From NCBI GenBank assembly GCA_002256025.1, contig NKIB01013446.1, positions 1 through 57,277 of the forward strand: a stretch of 57,277 nt of DNA, written 5' to 3'. Both the position numbers and the translations under genes were made by a program. Below, piece after piece: positions 11,960 through 23,768 of this stretch (position 1 is its first letter; each line of letters opens with the position of its first letter). Origin of the DNA: Asterionella formosa. Its lineage: Eukaryota. Under the pieces are notes generated by a model. The model saw only the letters and a list, made by a program, of their open reading frames with translations, made no database searches and had not been told where the DNA came from.

Positions 11960-13303
11960 TCTCTTGTCTAAATGCTATCAATCGTCTCAATTCCAAGACA
12001 CTCTTATCAATTGTCTCATTTTAAATTACGTCCTATTGCAGTTGCAGTTTATGTCGTGATCCGTTTATCCTTTACTAATAACTATCATGATACAACAATC
12101 AACAACAGCACGAGCGATGCCAATGACATTTGCGATGGCGATATCCTTGGTCTGAGATCTATTATCATAGCTATTCTGGTATAATAATCATATAAATGAT
12201 GTGGTTGGTTTATATTAATATCCATCATGATCCAATTTGTAGAACCTACACAAATAAATACCGTTGTAGGATAAGGTATGAATGTGTATACACTCTAGGA
12301 ATCACTTTTGATGCCATCACGAAACTCGGGTGCGCCAGTGTACCAAAAATAGAAATTCTTTTGATTATAGCTAGGGACCATTTGAACCTACAACAACAAT
12401 ATATCTTTTAATGTTGCTATTTACGTTCTAGACTATGGAGAATGGTGAAGTTGGTTTTTCATAATGTTGGATGATCAAAAAAGGACCAATGTCTTGTAGC
12501 TAGTCCCATCTAAGTAAAATCAGTTTTGGCTGTGTACTCTGAGTGGTACATGACACCAAGTTTTATGGTACCAGGTACTATGGCTGGTTGTGTAAAAATA
12601 ATTATTATACTAGCCCATGTAGAGCTGGTACAAAATATTATCCTTCTGCCTATTGTGGCAAGCAATATCGCACCAACTTCTTGTTTGCTTTGATCGGCTC
12701 ACCATGTTGTCCAATATTATCATCGATACTTGTGCAAAAGTGATTCCCTAAACGCTTTTATGAACAGTCAAAAGTATAAAATGAAGACTTGGATACTCTT
12801 TCCATCAAAATGCTTTCGGAATATATACATGGCAAGGCCCTACCAGCGTTGTTGCATTCTACATTAAATTACCCTGTTGAGGAGTACAAGGAGCAGGGTT
12901 TCAGCCAGTGTTTCACTGCTTGACTTGGACTCTGAGGACAAGTACTATCTAATGAACTATTCTCCAAATGCTGTTTGCAGTTGTCAGGGCATTCATTTAT
13001 AGATAGACCCATGTCCACCTTACATTCATAGATCATCGATTGATAACCATTGACCATTGCATTTAAACTATTGGTTTTCTGAATAGTCTATATTGTCCGG
13101 CTCATTATACCAGAACAATATCATTTGGTTGATAGGGGCTTGATACACCCAAAGTCGACTCATTGGACTGTGAGTCATTACTATTAGGATGAGCTCACTT
13201 TGACACTCAACAAGGTGCTGTACCTGGTCCCAGGTACAAGGTACTGGTACACCGCCTATCAAACACAAATATCGAATAAGAATCCTACAACCTGTATGTA
13301 TAT

Positions 13304-13689
13304 AGTTGAAACAGATAAGACAAATGAATCTTGTTTGTGTCTCCAAATTAGTCCAGTCATGACCTTTTTGGGTCTAGTCATGAACATGAGTCAATCTTTA
13401 CTCATACATGAATCAATCTTTGAATCTTGTCATGAACATGAGTCGATTTACTCATATATGACTTAGTTTTGTTTGTTTGGTTTGCAAAAAGTAAATTCTA
13501 TAAGCTCACTTTATTTGGAAATACCAATAGAGTCAGATCTATCCTACAACATTCTCCTAAATTCACCGTAATCCTTCGATCCACTGCCTAGCTAGCACCT
13601 ACGTTGCTGAGTATATACATCGAGATATATATACTATTCTTCAATAAGTCGAACTCCTTTCAGGTTAATCTACGACTTCTCTTTCAAGT
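13304..13689 (+). mobile_element. Solo LTR of the Copia family found at 54821
   Basis: Near-identical to 54821-55206; flanks TATAT / TGTAT form a 5-bp TSD with one mismatch; no PBS follows. Confidence 0.85.
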
Positions 13690-13871
13690 TGTATGATTTA
13701 GTCATTCTGCGCATTGCAAGGTACAGGTGTTACACTGGCACACTGGTCCCAGTTACCCTGGTACCTGGTACCAGGGACATACTTACAGATCCATCAAACA
13801 CACTAAATCAAATCTACTTTTGATGTTCCTTCCTTTCGCAGGTATTTGTGGAGCTAGACATGCTATAGAAC

Positions 13872-15275
13872 ATGCCTACGAAAGTAATTCTTCAGCATTC
13901 ACCGCCATTGGGAAGACTTGCGCACAGTCTGCCTCAAAGTTATGAGCAAGGGCAAGGTGAGGACGACAGTGGGCGACGACAATCAACTACTGCCTTCAGG
14001 CCTTCGCTTTTGCGAGAGATAAATGCACCCCCCAACAGACACAGATCACCACAGTTCATCCCACTGTCGACGCTCAACTCGTCAGACTCAGCGGATGACA
14101 TCACGGGATCTCCTAGGCTGCTCGGCTATGTCTTCAATCTAGTTGCATGTGTAGTCATGTTGGTCTCGGTGGCACAATATAACGCAAATCTAAGGATTGC
14201 GACATTAGGATCCAAATCTGCGGTATTGGATAGTGGCGGAAAAATCATCAACCTTTCATCCCACCAAGAAGACGACACATTTGTGCCAAACTTCAATGTT
14301 GCGGTTTACAGGTGGAAACTGATTGGTACATTCGTCGTTTCTGGGTTCGGCGTAGTGACCAATCTGTTGATTATTCTCGTTCACTTTGACAAATATATCT
14401 TAACCAATCTTTGGACGAGAATATTTCATAGTGGGAGTCAGGGCGAACGAAACATATTGATATTTATGTTGATCTCTGCGGCAGTTTCTTTATACATTAA
14501 CACTAGTGTCCTCTCGGTGGGCGAGAACCAACCGAACGTATATTTCACGACATGGATTTCATTTGCAACAACTATCCTTACATTCAATATTTGGAGAGAG
14601 TCAGCGAACTTGCGTACTATTGATGACATGTTCCAGTCTCACCCAAGAAAGTCGCAAAAACAATGGGCCCTTTTGACTTTTACAACTCTCGTCAGTGCAC
14701 TCACTTGCCTTGATTCATACGTGAACCGTTATCACTTTGTGGCAGTCATTAATAATTTGCCACAAAGTGTTCCTCAGGTTGCATGGAACAGGGTGCTCAG
14801 TCTTTCATTCGGTTCATTAGCTGCATGCGTTATTGCCCTAATCGGCAACAGCATTTCTCAAGAGTCATTTGAAATGAAATTGTGCGGTTCTTACAGATTG
14901 ACTCTGGATTGGAGGCAAGTTGAAGGCGCCCTGGCGGCCGGGACACTGGGTACATTTCTTTATGTAATTTTTGTTCAAACTGGAGCCTCGGTCATATCGT
15001 CTCAAAATTCGCTTGGAAACGGGTATTTCTCAAGCTGGTTCAGTTTTCTCATATCCACAAATGGTGAGTTATTGTAAAAGTATGGGTTTGCCTCAGATGT
15101 ATCAGTGGAAACATCGATCCGCTCACAATTTATTGTTGTCTCCTGTTCTCCTTCAGTATTCGGGACTTGGATACGTGAGAACAAGCACTTCTTGATAGTC
15201 TCGCGAACTCGTGTTGGCCAAAGGTTACGACGGCGTATGAACATGAGTCCAAACAATAACGTAGGGAATACCTGA
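13872..15275 (+). CDS. Multi-pass membrane protein of unknown function (two repeated 4-TM modules); exons 13872-15063 and 15157-15275
   Basis: About 8 hydrophobic segments; repeated motif PNVYFTTWISF / GNGYFSSWFSF. Intron GTGAGT(15064)...CCTTCAG(15156), 93 nt, restores STNVFGTWIRENKHF and ends at TGA 15273-15275. Confidence 0.8.
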
Positions 15276-15332
15276 ATCCGAAAGAATTGTTGATTCATAA
15301 AAATATAATCAGATTTTCGCTAAAGAGTAAGA

Positions 15333-16352
15333 TTAGTTATGCTTGTCCATGACCCCGCTATTTCCGCGTATATCACTCAGTCTTCCCTGTCGGACGGGAG
15401 GTGCACTGACTTCGATTCTACCACGTCCACTGGCGTACCCTCCCTGACGGTCAGTAGGATCTAATACATGAACCATAGAACCCGCGGCTTTCTCTTGTTT
15501 CCTCTTTTTACGATTCTCCTCTAGTTCCTTGCGCAACCAATGGTCGGCAATTGCCAACATTTTTGCAGGATGGTTCGTGGCCTTGAGATCTTGGTAGATT
15601 TCGAGATCTTGAAGCTTCCCCTGCCATCCACATTCACCTTTGTCAGTCAAATAATGCAAGTGAGTAGCCCAGTCGTCAAGTCCATCAAAAATATGAGTAG
15701 CATAAATGATTGTTGCATGGCGCTCCTCACTTTCGCGGACCAGCCATTGCAACAAATCTTGTCGAACGCAGACATCAAGACTTGTGGTAATCTCATCCAA
15801 GAACAGCACCTTGAACGGACGAATGAGCCCCAGCAACAGCTGCACCCGACGACGTTGGCCATCACTCAATTGATGCATTCTCCAGTCGAGGTCAATGCCT
15901 AGCATATCAACGAGTTCATCTCTGCGCTCAGGATAGCTCGCTTGGAGACGCTCCATCATGCCGTGAACAGGAATGTCGGCCATTAATGGGACACCCGCTC
16001 CGGCAAATGCCACGGTTCTCATACCCCAATCGCAATCTAGATATGCTCTATGAAAGTTGAGTTTTGTTTCACGAAAGGCGTTCATACCCAACACACGAAC
16101 ATCCTCGTCATGCTTGGTCAAGTGACGGCCAGCCAAGATTCTCATCAGCGTGGACTTCCCACTTCCATTCGCACCGATCAATAGGCAGCGCGATCCAGTT
16201 CCCAAATTAAGGTTGAGGTCGTTTAGAATGGCACAGGGGGCGTTTGTATCGTAGGAGAAGGTGAGGTTCGTAACCTCAATAGCATTAGCACCATAGTCCT
16301 TGACAGGTGGAAGGGGCTTCGGTTTGTAGTCTGCGGGTATGAGGGCTGGCAT
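15333..16352 (-). CDS. Soluble ABC ATPase, yeast CAF16 / plant ABCI19-21-like
   Basis: Walker A GANGSGKS, signature-like WRMHQLSDGQRRRVQL, Walker B VLFLDEITTSLD, H-loop YATHIFDGL; no TM domain; first ATG at 16352. Confidence 0.92.
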   Translation of the reverse strand: MPALIPADYKPKPLPPVKDYGANAIEVTNLTFSYDTNAPCAILNDLNLNLGTGSRCLLIGANGSGKSTLMRILAGRHLTKHDEDVRVLGMNAFRETKLNFHRAYLDCDWGMRTVAFAGAGVPLMADIPVHGMMERLQASYPERRDELVDMLGIDLDWRMHQLSDGQRRRVQLLLGLIRPFKVLFLDEITTSLDVCVRQDLLQWLVRESEERHATIIYATHIFDGLDDWATHLHYLTDKGECGWQGKLQDLEIYQDLKATNHPAKMLAIADHWLRKELEENRKKRKQEKAAGSMVHVLDPTDRQGGYASGRGRIEVSAPPVRQGRLSDIRGNSGVMDKHN

Positions 16353-16722
16353 TGTTAATATAGAGCTATATTTTGGATTGTGAGCAAAATGGAAGGAGAG
16401 TGACAAACTTTGAAACCATTGTGCAGTTCAGTCAGTGTATGTAATATAATAGTGACCACGATGTTAACTGAAAGTCAGAGGGAACAAATTCGGATCGCAC
16501 GTTCCAGTAGAACATACCTTGACCGTGTACCGGAAGGACTCATGCGTTCATCATGGTGTCTGTATGTACAATTTATGCACGCCGAAATATAATCCCTGTG
16601 AGTCAGGGTGATGACATTCTGGAATCAAGATATCAGGTCCAATCCCACCTCATTCATCAGCGAGTGGTAAGCAACTTCGTAAATGTTGTCAGACATACAT
16701 CGCATGGTGGTAACGTTCTTAG

Positions 16723-19700
16723 TATTAATACCTGCGTCCAGTGCACCGGGCGAGCGCAGTGCAGACCAGACCAGTGTAACCACCAGATTAGGTACATCTA
16801 GGTACACCGGCAATCATGCCCCAATGACAGCAAGAGAATAGTCATAATATTGTAGCTCACCTTTGTTATTGACAAGGTTCCCCTCAACAGAGCTACAATA
16901 TCTGTTCTTCCTCCCTTTGTCTCCCTCGACGTTGTGGCTTCTTCTCTTTGCTCCTCCATAGCAAAGCCACCGCCATGCACACGAGCATTCAATCAAGCGC
17001 CCGATTCCTAATAATCACCGGCTTTCTTGCTGCATCTCCACCACCTTTCAACCACTGCATCCTTCATCCAAATGGCGGCTCCCTTGGCTTCATCAGTCTT
17101 CTCTTTCCCTCATACGCTTTTAATGCCGATTGTTGGTAAACCCACAGTCCTCACCGTCACCCAGGCAGTTAGCTAAGGAAAGAGATATTTGCCAATACCC
17201 AGCACTCAGTCCACTGCACCAGTGGTGGTGGTGCAAATGGTTTCCTTGGGATTGTCATGGCTCATGCGACATACATCTTACATGCCGGTGAAGCTTTTGT
17301 TCCCCCCACCCATCCTGGCAACCAGCCCAATCATCTTCCAGCTGCTACTCAATCCCAAATCACTGCAGCAAATTGCCAGTATGATAATCTCCTTGAATCT
17401 TTTCGTCACTACACTCAAGTTTGTGAGGCACTTCGCCAACAAATTCTTCTTGGCATTGATACTACATACTATCATTTCCTTGAGGATGAAACATTTGCTA
17501 TGCCAATGTCACTGTTCTTGCCCTCCTTACTTATTTGGAGACAAGCAACATATGCTACTTTGAGTGCCAACAATTTAGAATTGAATTGTATGCGCCTCAC
17601 AGACATATGGAATCTCAACGAACCCCTAGAAAACTTATGGATCTGTATTAAACATCTCCGTGCTGTTGCAATTGCTGGCGGCGAACCTTTATCAGACAGC
17701 ACTGTCATGCAATTGACATGATCTGCTTTAGAACAGGCAGGGGTGTACACTCACAGCATCTGCACCTGGTGCGATTGTCCTGAACATGATTGTATTTGGG
17801 CGAATTTTGGTCCGCATTTCACTCATTGCGAAAAAGAACATCTCCATTCCTTAACTGCTAATACAGCAGGCTATCATGGTGCGCGTGCTGTTCTTCATCA
17901 TTTGAGTCCTGCTCCACCACTCGCCATTGCTTCATCTTCTCTCACTGGTTTGGCTGCTGCTGCTTGAGGAGTTACTAACATATATTCTTGCAACAACATT
18001 CCCCTGGGCTACTTTTGGAGGCATGGTCTGACAAAAAATCATGAACACACCAGCACCACGTGTGCAAACCCTGTCTCTGGCCATCAAACAACTGCCACAC
18101 TTGACAAACACATGAGCGGCAGTGGTCGCATGTTTAGTGATGGCACTCGACGCAACCGCCCTTCCTCTGCTAGTCTCAATACGGCTATCAACCCCATTCA
18201 ACCTGCCTGACCAGGAGGGGAGCAAGTCATGCTATTGGATAATACTAGTAAACCTAGTTTATCTGCTATGCCCGCTTGTCCCCCCATCATGTTAATTGCA
18301 GATTCTGGTAGTTCCGGCGACTACGCCACCTTGGACCTACCTGTGGTTAACCAGCGCCATACCTCCTGCCCTGTCACAATTCAACTTCCCAACGGAGAGC
18401 AAATATTGTCCACACATGAGGCTGAACTTGATCTTCCTATGCTTCTTCCTGCTGCACCACATGTCCATCTTGTTCCTGGATTATAAAACTGCTCATTATT
18501 ATCCATTGGTCAACTTTGTGACTCGCTGATCAGTGCATTCTCCAAGGCCACCGCTCTGCATCCACCAAATTATGGCATGTTTCCTCACCACCCCTGCACC
18601 CACTGTTCCTGTCCCAATCAACTTTACGGCCGCCGCCATCAGTCCCACGCCCAAAGCTGCCGACCTTGTTGCTTTTGCGCATGCCACACTGTTTTCCCCA
18701 GCCTTATCGACATTGGAAAAGGCCCTTGTCAATGGGTACCTCATAAATTTCCCTCGCTTAACTTTAATAACCCTGCGAAAAACACCCCCCCCCCCACATT
18801 CCATTGCCACCATTAAAGGCCGCCACCTTGATTAGACCAGACAAAACCAGCGATCCACTCAACTCTCACCAATAATCCCTGATCCTGCCCCCACTCTAAC
18901 GTGTCCAATTGATACAGATGCGCATCCCGCCGGCAATGAGATGCCCACGCACATGTGTTATGCTGCAGTTGTAGCCCCTACTGGCCAAATCTACACAGAT
19001 CAAACTGGAAAACTCGTCATACCGTCCAGCACTGGTAATAATTATGTCATGGTGTTGTATGATTTTGATAGCAACTTCATTTTCACGCACCCATTCCGCA
19101 ATCGCACTGCCCCTTGCATCCTTTAGGCTTACAAACACCTCCATCAACGCTTATGATGCAAAGCTGGTGGTCTTCGCCCACGACTTCAACGCTTAGACAA
19201 TTGTAACCAACAACAGCACTGCTAGTGGTATTGCAAATGACACTGTTGGCCAAAAACGCTCCAAAGCCATGGATATGATTTTCTATTGGGTGCGTGATTG
19301 GGTCTGTCAGGAAGCTCAATTCCTTGTTTACTGGAAAAAAGGCAGTTTAAATCGCGCGGATTACTTTACCAAAGACCATCCTGCCTCCCATCACAAATCG
19401 ATCCACGCTCAGTATTTACACCATTCTCCCCTGTCCTAAGCTTGTCATCCTAATTAATTTACTTGTTTGGATTGTTCTGATGATGCTACTGTTACCACCT
19501 GCCCTTGTGGCACCGCCACTACTGTCCATTGGTCTCCTGCATTTGGTGGTGAGGGTGTATTAATACCTGCATCCAGTGCACCGCCCGAGTGCAGTGCAGA
19601 CCAGACCAGTGTAACCAGCACCAGATTAGGTACATCTAGGTACACCGGCAATCATGCCCCAATGACAGCAATAGAATAGTCATAATATTGTAGCTCACCT

Positions 19701-19727
19701 TTGTTATTGACAAGGTTCCCCTCAACA
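16723..19727 (+). mobile_element. Internally deleted diatom-type Ty1/Copia (CoDi-like) element; LTRs 16723-16889 and 19558-19727; TSD CTTAG
   Basis: Direct-repeat LTRs; CTTAG at 16718-16722 and 19728-19732; PPT GGTGAGGGTG. Gag GGGANGFLG, protease ADSGSSGDY, HATLFSP, integrase IYTDQTGK, deletion near 19200 removing RT, RNase H end KRSKAMDMIFYWVRD..NRADYFTK. Confidence 0.93.
16890..16901 (+). promoter_or_regulatory. Primer-binding site complementary to the element's own LTR (candidate self-priming PBS)
   Basis: GAGCTACAATAT abuts the LTR-terminal CA and is the exact reverse complement of ATATTGTAGCTC at 16847-16858. Confidence 0.7.
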
Positions 19728-20688
19728 CTTAGTCCCCTTTTTACGTCGAATATTATGCTTGCAGAATTTGGTACTCAGTTACAAAGTGCGACTGGCGCAA
19801 CAATATATTGTGTTCCCAGTAAACCGGAGACAGAGTTACTCTGAGGACTCAAAGGTAATAGTTCGCACTGTTCTGACCTAGAGTACCCTTACACATGCTG
19901 CCGCAGCGAGCTTGTCTGTGGTAAAGGTAGAATAATATCCAGTTGTCCAGAAGTGGAGCTGGTAGTTGGCACGTGTTGCTGGAGAGGAGCTCATGGGAAG
20001 AAACCCTGTCCACATGTAATTTCTTGTAAAATGACGATTCCAACAATCAAACTTTATTGATTAAAGATCATCATTAGTTCTGGTCTGAAATGGTTGCCAG
20101 TAAAATTAGATAACAAATGCGCGATATTTCGTTCCTTTGAGCATATTATTAATATCAATTTATCCTACACTTAAAATATCTTTTGATTTTGTAATTGCTT
20201 GTTCATATGAATGACACCATAGATCATAGGACTTTGATTATGTGCATACTAGGATATAAGAATCAAACTTTATTGATTACAGATCATAATTTCTGGTAAG
20301 AGAGCGACATTGCATGATAGCCAGTAGTAATATAGATAATCGATGTACAATATACAGTTCCATAGAGCATGAATGTGTATTCTGGTATGTTAATCTCTAT
20401 AAAAACATAGGTGTCTATTAGAAACACAGGTATTTCCCTTACGTAAACAGTGTTAACTCTATAATAACTACTACTAGTTAGGGTGCATTTCCATTATAAT
20501 GACACCTGCATATTGAATATGGAAATGATCACCACCAGGCTACCAAAATTATACATCCTGTAAGATCAGTGTCACATGAGAACACAGATGAAAGGGAGGA
20601 GTCATGTATGCACCTGCTGTATATGCAATATGGAAAAAATCGAAATATACTTGTATACATAGTAAGTATGATCAGTATCTCAATTTAA

Positions 20689-20870
20689 GGTTGCGGCCCC
20701 GCAGTTACACATCGCAAGGTCTGTTTTTCCCCAAAATAATTTTATGATGTACTTCAATCTACACAGTATGTACAACTAAATAAAATAGTTAAAGGAAAAA
20801 TTAGCTTTCACCAATACGACCACTTTGCATATGCTTAGATACAGTCATTGCTCGATTTGGGGGGTATGAT
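20689..20870 (+). mobile_element. Diverged relative of the TTAA|GG transposon end
   Basis: TTAA at 20685-20688 then GG; AGCTTTCACCAA..CATATGCTTAGATACAGTCATTG is shared with 46701-46748. Confidence 0.5.
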
Positions 20871-21397
20871 ATGTATTCAGATATGGTAAGGACCTCATTT
20901 GTGGAGAGAAGTGGCAGTTATCCCCCGTAGATTTTTTAAAAAGCTTCTTCGTAACTCCTTTTTTGGGATAGCTACGATTCCTAGGGGATAACTGCCACTT
21001 CTCTAAGTTTTTAGTTTTATCAGCCCTAAGGAAATGAACCTGCAATTTCTTTAAGTTTCCTTACATTTCCTGAAATGTCCTGAAAGTCATATTCAATTCC
21101 TGGAATTCATAATTATTTCCTAAAAGTCATAGTCATATGCTGTTCTCTCATTTTTGCTACTGGAGGAATGTCGCTATTTATTTCGCCGGATCATGCTTTT
21201 AATTGAAGATGCTCTTTACCTATCTCTCTGGCAACCCATTGTCCATTTCAGGAAAATGACCGCAACTTCCCTGGTACCGAGTATTGTTACCTTGTATAAC
21301 CCACCTGGTAGACTGGACTCTTGACAATCATATCTGTTGCATACATATTTTGAAACTCACTTATAACGCGCTTTTTAAGACCACGGAGTTACACGTG

Positions 21398-21710
21398 GAA
21401 TTTCATAGCACAGCCTGCCAACAAGTCTGTCTGCTTCCCTAGTTTTTTTAGCATAGGTGAGTCCCCAACCATCTTTCGCAAAGGGTGATCATCTTAGCTG
21501 TAGCATTAGGGGAAACTCCGTCTGCCTAGGAAGGCGACACACTGCTTGTAGGGGGGCAACCCACTTTTCCTTGCACACCAGGCAAGATTGCGCAGGACAG
21601 TGAGGAGTGTGGGAGTCGAACCCAACAATGGTTTCTCAAAACAATTGCGGGAATTGAACCACACAACTTCAAATCAAAGGCAACATGCCCAACCAACTGA
21701 GCCATTCCCC
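21398..21710 (-). mobile_element. tRNA-derived SINE-like element, copy 1
   Basis: Minus strand: GGGGAATGGCTCAGTTGGT (A box), GGTTCAATTCC (B box), second B-like GGGTTCGACTCCC; aligns along its length with 52910-53225. Confidence 0.75.
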
Positions 21711-22283
21711 TACCTGTTGCATACATAGTACTGAGTACAGAGATATGAAATAGTAAATCTCGGGGTAGTATGCTATCCTTTTGTAAAAAAACTCGACATT
21801 GTGGAGGTTGACAAGTCGCACTTGCCACCAGAGGCTTCCACAGTAGACCTGCATGTTTTCTGCCTCATGCCAGGAACCCTTGGGACTACTGGTATATGAA
21901 CAAAACAGGGAGAATGTGGGAAGCGAAGCAACCCACTACCTCAGGTGTGCATACTGAACAACCATTTCCCAAAAGCAAATAGGGATATTTATTAATATAT
22001 GATGGTAGACTAGCCCAAACAGAAAGTATGTCTGTTATTAAATACCTCTGCAGCATCACACAGTCTTTACATACATGAGTATACAGTATTTTGAAATCTA
22101 TAGGTAATTGTATGTGATGGGAAGTAATTAATTAAGATTAGAGTGTCAATCAATGAGCTGGAGTTGATCTACCCCATAGATGGAGGCCACGATCTAGTGA
22201 GTCTGATGTATGGTGAAACAATAGCATAGTTGAAGGGCTGTCCAATGCAATTGTTAGTTGTTAAAGTTTTCCAGTGTATTTCA

Positions 22284-23768
22284 TTACCTTTTCAATGACC
22301 GACCACCATCCCACTCCACAACAAACTTGGCCAAACTCAAATAGAGCAATACATGTCGGGTCAGGTAAAGTAGAGTCTCTATGGAGGCATCAATATAGTC
22401 ACCAGTTTCTACTTCCTGGGTTACATCTTGCAATACGGCAATCCAGTCTATTCCTCCAATAAGGAAATATAGTGGCAGAACAACCAGACCGATGATAATG
22501 GCATTGGGAGAGACTATGGAAGTGAGGGGGTTTTCAAGTGCTCCACCAATGCTTTTAGAAGGTCCGAACGAGGGAATTTGCACTGACCAGACAGTTCTCC
22601 ATGAGGTTTTTGCAGAGATGAAACCAAGATCGATTAGCTTGTCCCTCAAGTGTGAACAATGCATACTACCATATAACACAGCTAGTCGATGATTGCTTCC
22701 AGTTTCAAGAGACTTCTTGATACTCTCAATCGCTTTTTCATTTCTCCTGATGATGAGCAATTTTTCATCGGTTGAACTTTGTTGCCCACTAACAATCATT
22801 TGTGCAAACACGAGCTTTCGCGCCTCGTGGAAATTACCAGTTAAAAACGACTCTAGTACAGGCAAGGCCACTTGGGAAATACCACCAGAAGGTCGTGGTA
22901 ACATAGAACTCCAATCTAGCACCATAACAAAAAGCTCTGGTGCAGGAATGGCCAACCAAAAGAGGGACCGAAAGAATGCCGTTAATGCATTTCCAGGAAG
23001 GAATAAGTTAGAAAAAAGTCGCCTATCCACTGGTGTATTCATTGGTGCTGATGGAGTCAAGGGCCGAAATAAAGCACTTACTGCTTCTGCACCAGGCCAC
23101 GTAGACGCCGTTGATGTCAAGGACCAAAGTGGTTGTAGAGTATCAGTCGTCCCGGCAGCCGCCAATAATTCCTGTCGCGTCATGTCAGCATGAATCCAAA
23201 TCGGATTGCCATAATCTATACAATCGACTTGGCAATTCAGTCCGAATTGTTGTGCAGTTCTTTGATCCGAAGGAGATGCCATCAAGATTGGGCTACCGTC
23301 AGGGCAGGCTTTGAGTTTTCGCTGACAGGATTGGGTACTCTCCATGAATCCGTCGTCGATGAGCAACTCATAATGTATTGAATCATACGATGAAGAGAAC
23401 TCCTCCGTGTTAAAATAGTCAAAATAATCTTTTTCGCCAAAGTGGAGCTGGGCATGAAGATCAATTGATTGTCGTTTCCCTTCCTCATTCACTTTGGTGA
23501 ACGAAGTGACAGCAGTCTGAAGTTCAAAGCATTGTCGAGATCCCAAACATGTTCTCGATTGAATTCGAACAAACTGGTTCGATGGCAGCGAAGAACGTTC
23601 CGCGTTGAAAGACGATCGTTGAGCACTGAGCCGAATTTTGGAGCTCCTAGCATGAATACTGGTTGTGGAAGGGACGGGAGTCCACGAAAAGCCATCGACG
23701 GCATTGATCAGAAAAACGGAAGAAACAACAGCAACCTTGCACTTTGGGACGAGGATTTGTTGCTTCAT
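22284..23768 (-). CDS. Conserved-looking protein of unknown function, probably plastid-targeted, with C-terminal TM segments
   Basis: Uninterrupted 494-aa ORF; hydrophobic signal then VDG-F and a Ser/Arg-rich transit-like stretch; motifs LHAQLHFGEKDYF, WIHADMT, RRN, AVLYGSMH (TraB-like fold is only a guess). Confidence 0.85.
   Translation of the reverse strand: MKQQILVPKCKVAVVSSVFLINAVDGFSWTPVPSTTSIHARSSKIRLSAQRSSFNAERSSLPSNQFVRIQSRTCLGSRQCFELQTAVTSFTKVNEEGKRQSIDLHAQLHFGEKDYFDYFNTEEFSSSYDSIHYELLIDDGFMESTQSCQRKLKACPDGSPILMASPSDQRTAQQFGLNCQVDCIDYGNPIWIHADMTRQELLAAAGTTDTLQPLWSLTSTASTWPGAEAVSALFRPLTPSAPMNTPVDRRLFSNLFLPGNALTAFFRSLFWLAIPAPELFVMVLDWSSMLPRPSGGISQVALPVLESFLTGNFHEARKLVFAQMIVSGQQSSTDEKLLIIRRNEKAIESIKKSLETGSNHRLAVLYGSMHCSHLRDKLIDLGFISAKTSWRTVWSVQIPSFGPSKSIGGALENPLTSIVSPNAIIIGLVVLPLYFLIGGIDWIAVLQDVTQEVETGDYIDASIETLLYLTRHVLLYLSLAKFVVEWDGGRSLKR

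Larger units (their letters stand above)
8227..11965. mobile_element. Degenerate PIF/Harbinger-like element with convergent ORFs, truncated on the transposase 5' side
   Basis: Begins TGA|GGCCGTTGCTAAC with a subterminal hairpin at 8241-8292; broken plus-strand ORF at ~8570-10018; minus-strand transposase fragments at 11306-11959. The matching TIR was not found. Confidence 0.65.

Noticed and set aside
12860..13200. Decayed TPR-like pseudogene
   Set aside because: Only vague residue patterns across broken frames; not supportable by eye.
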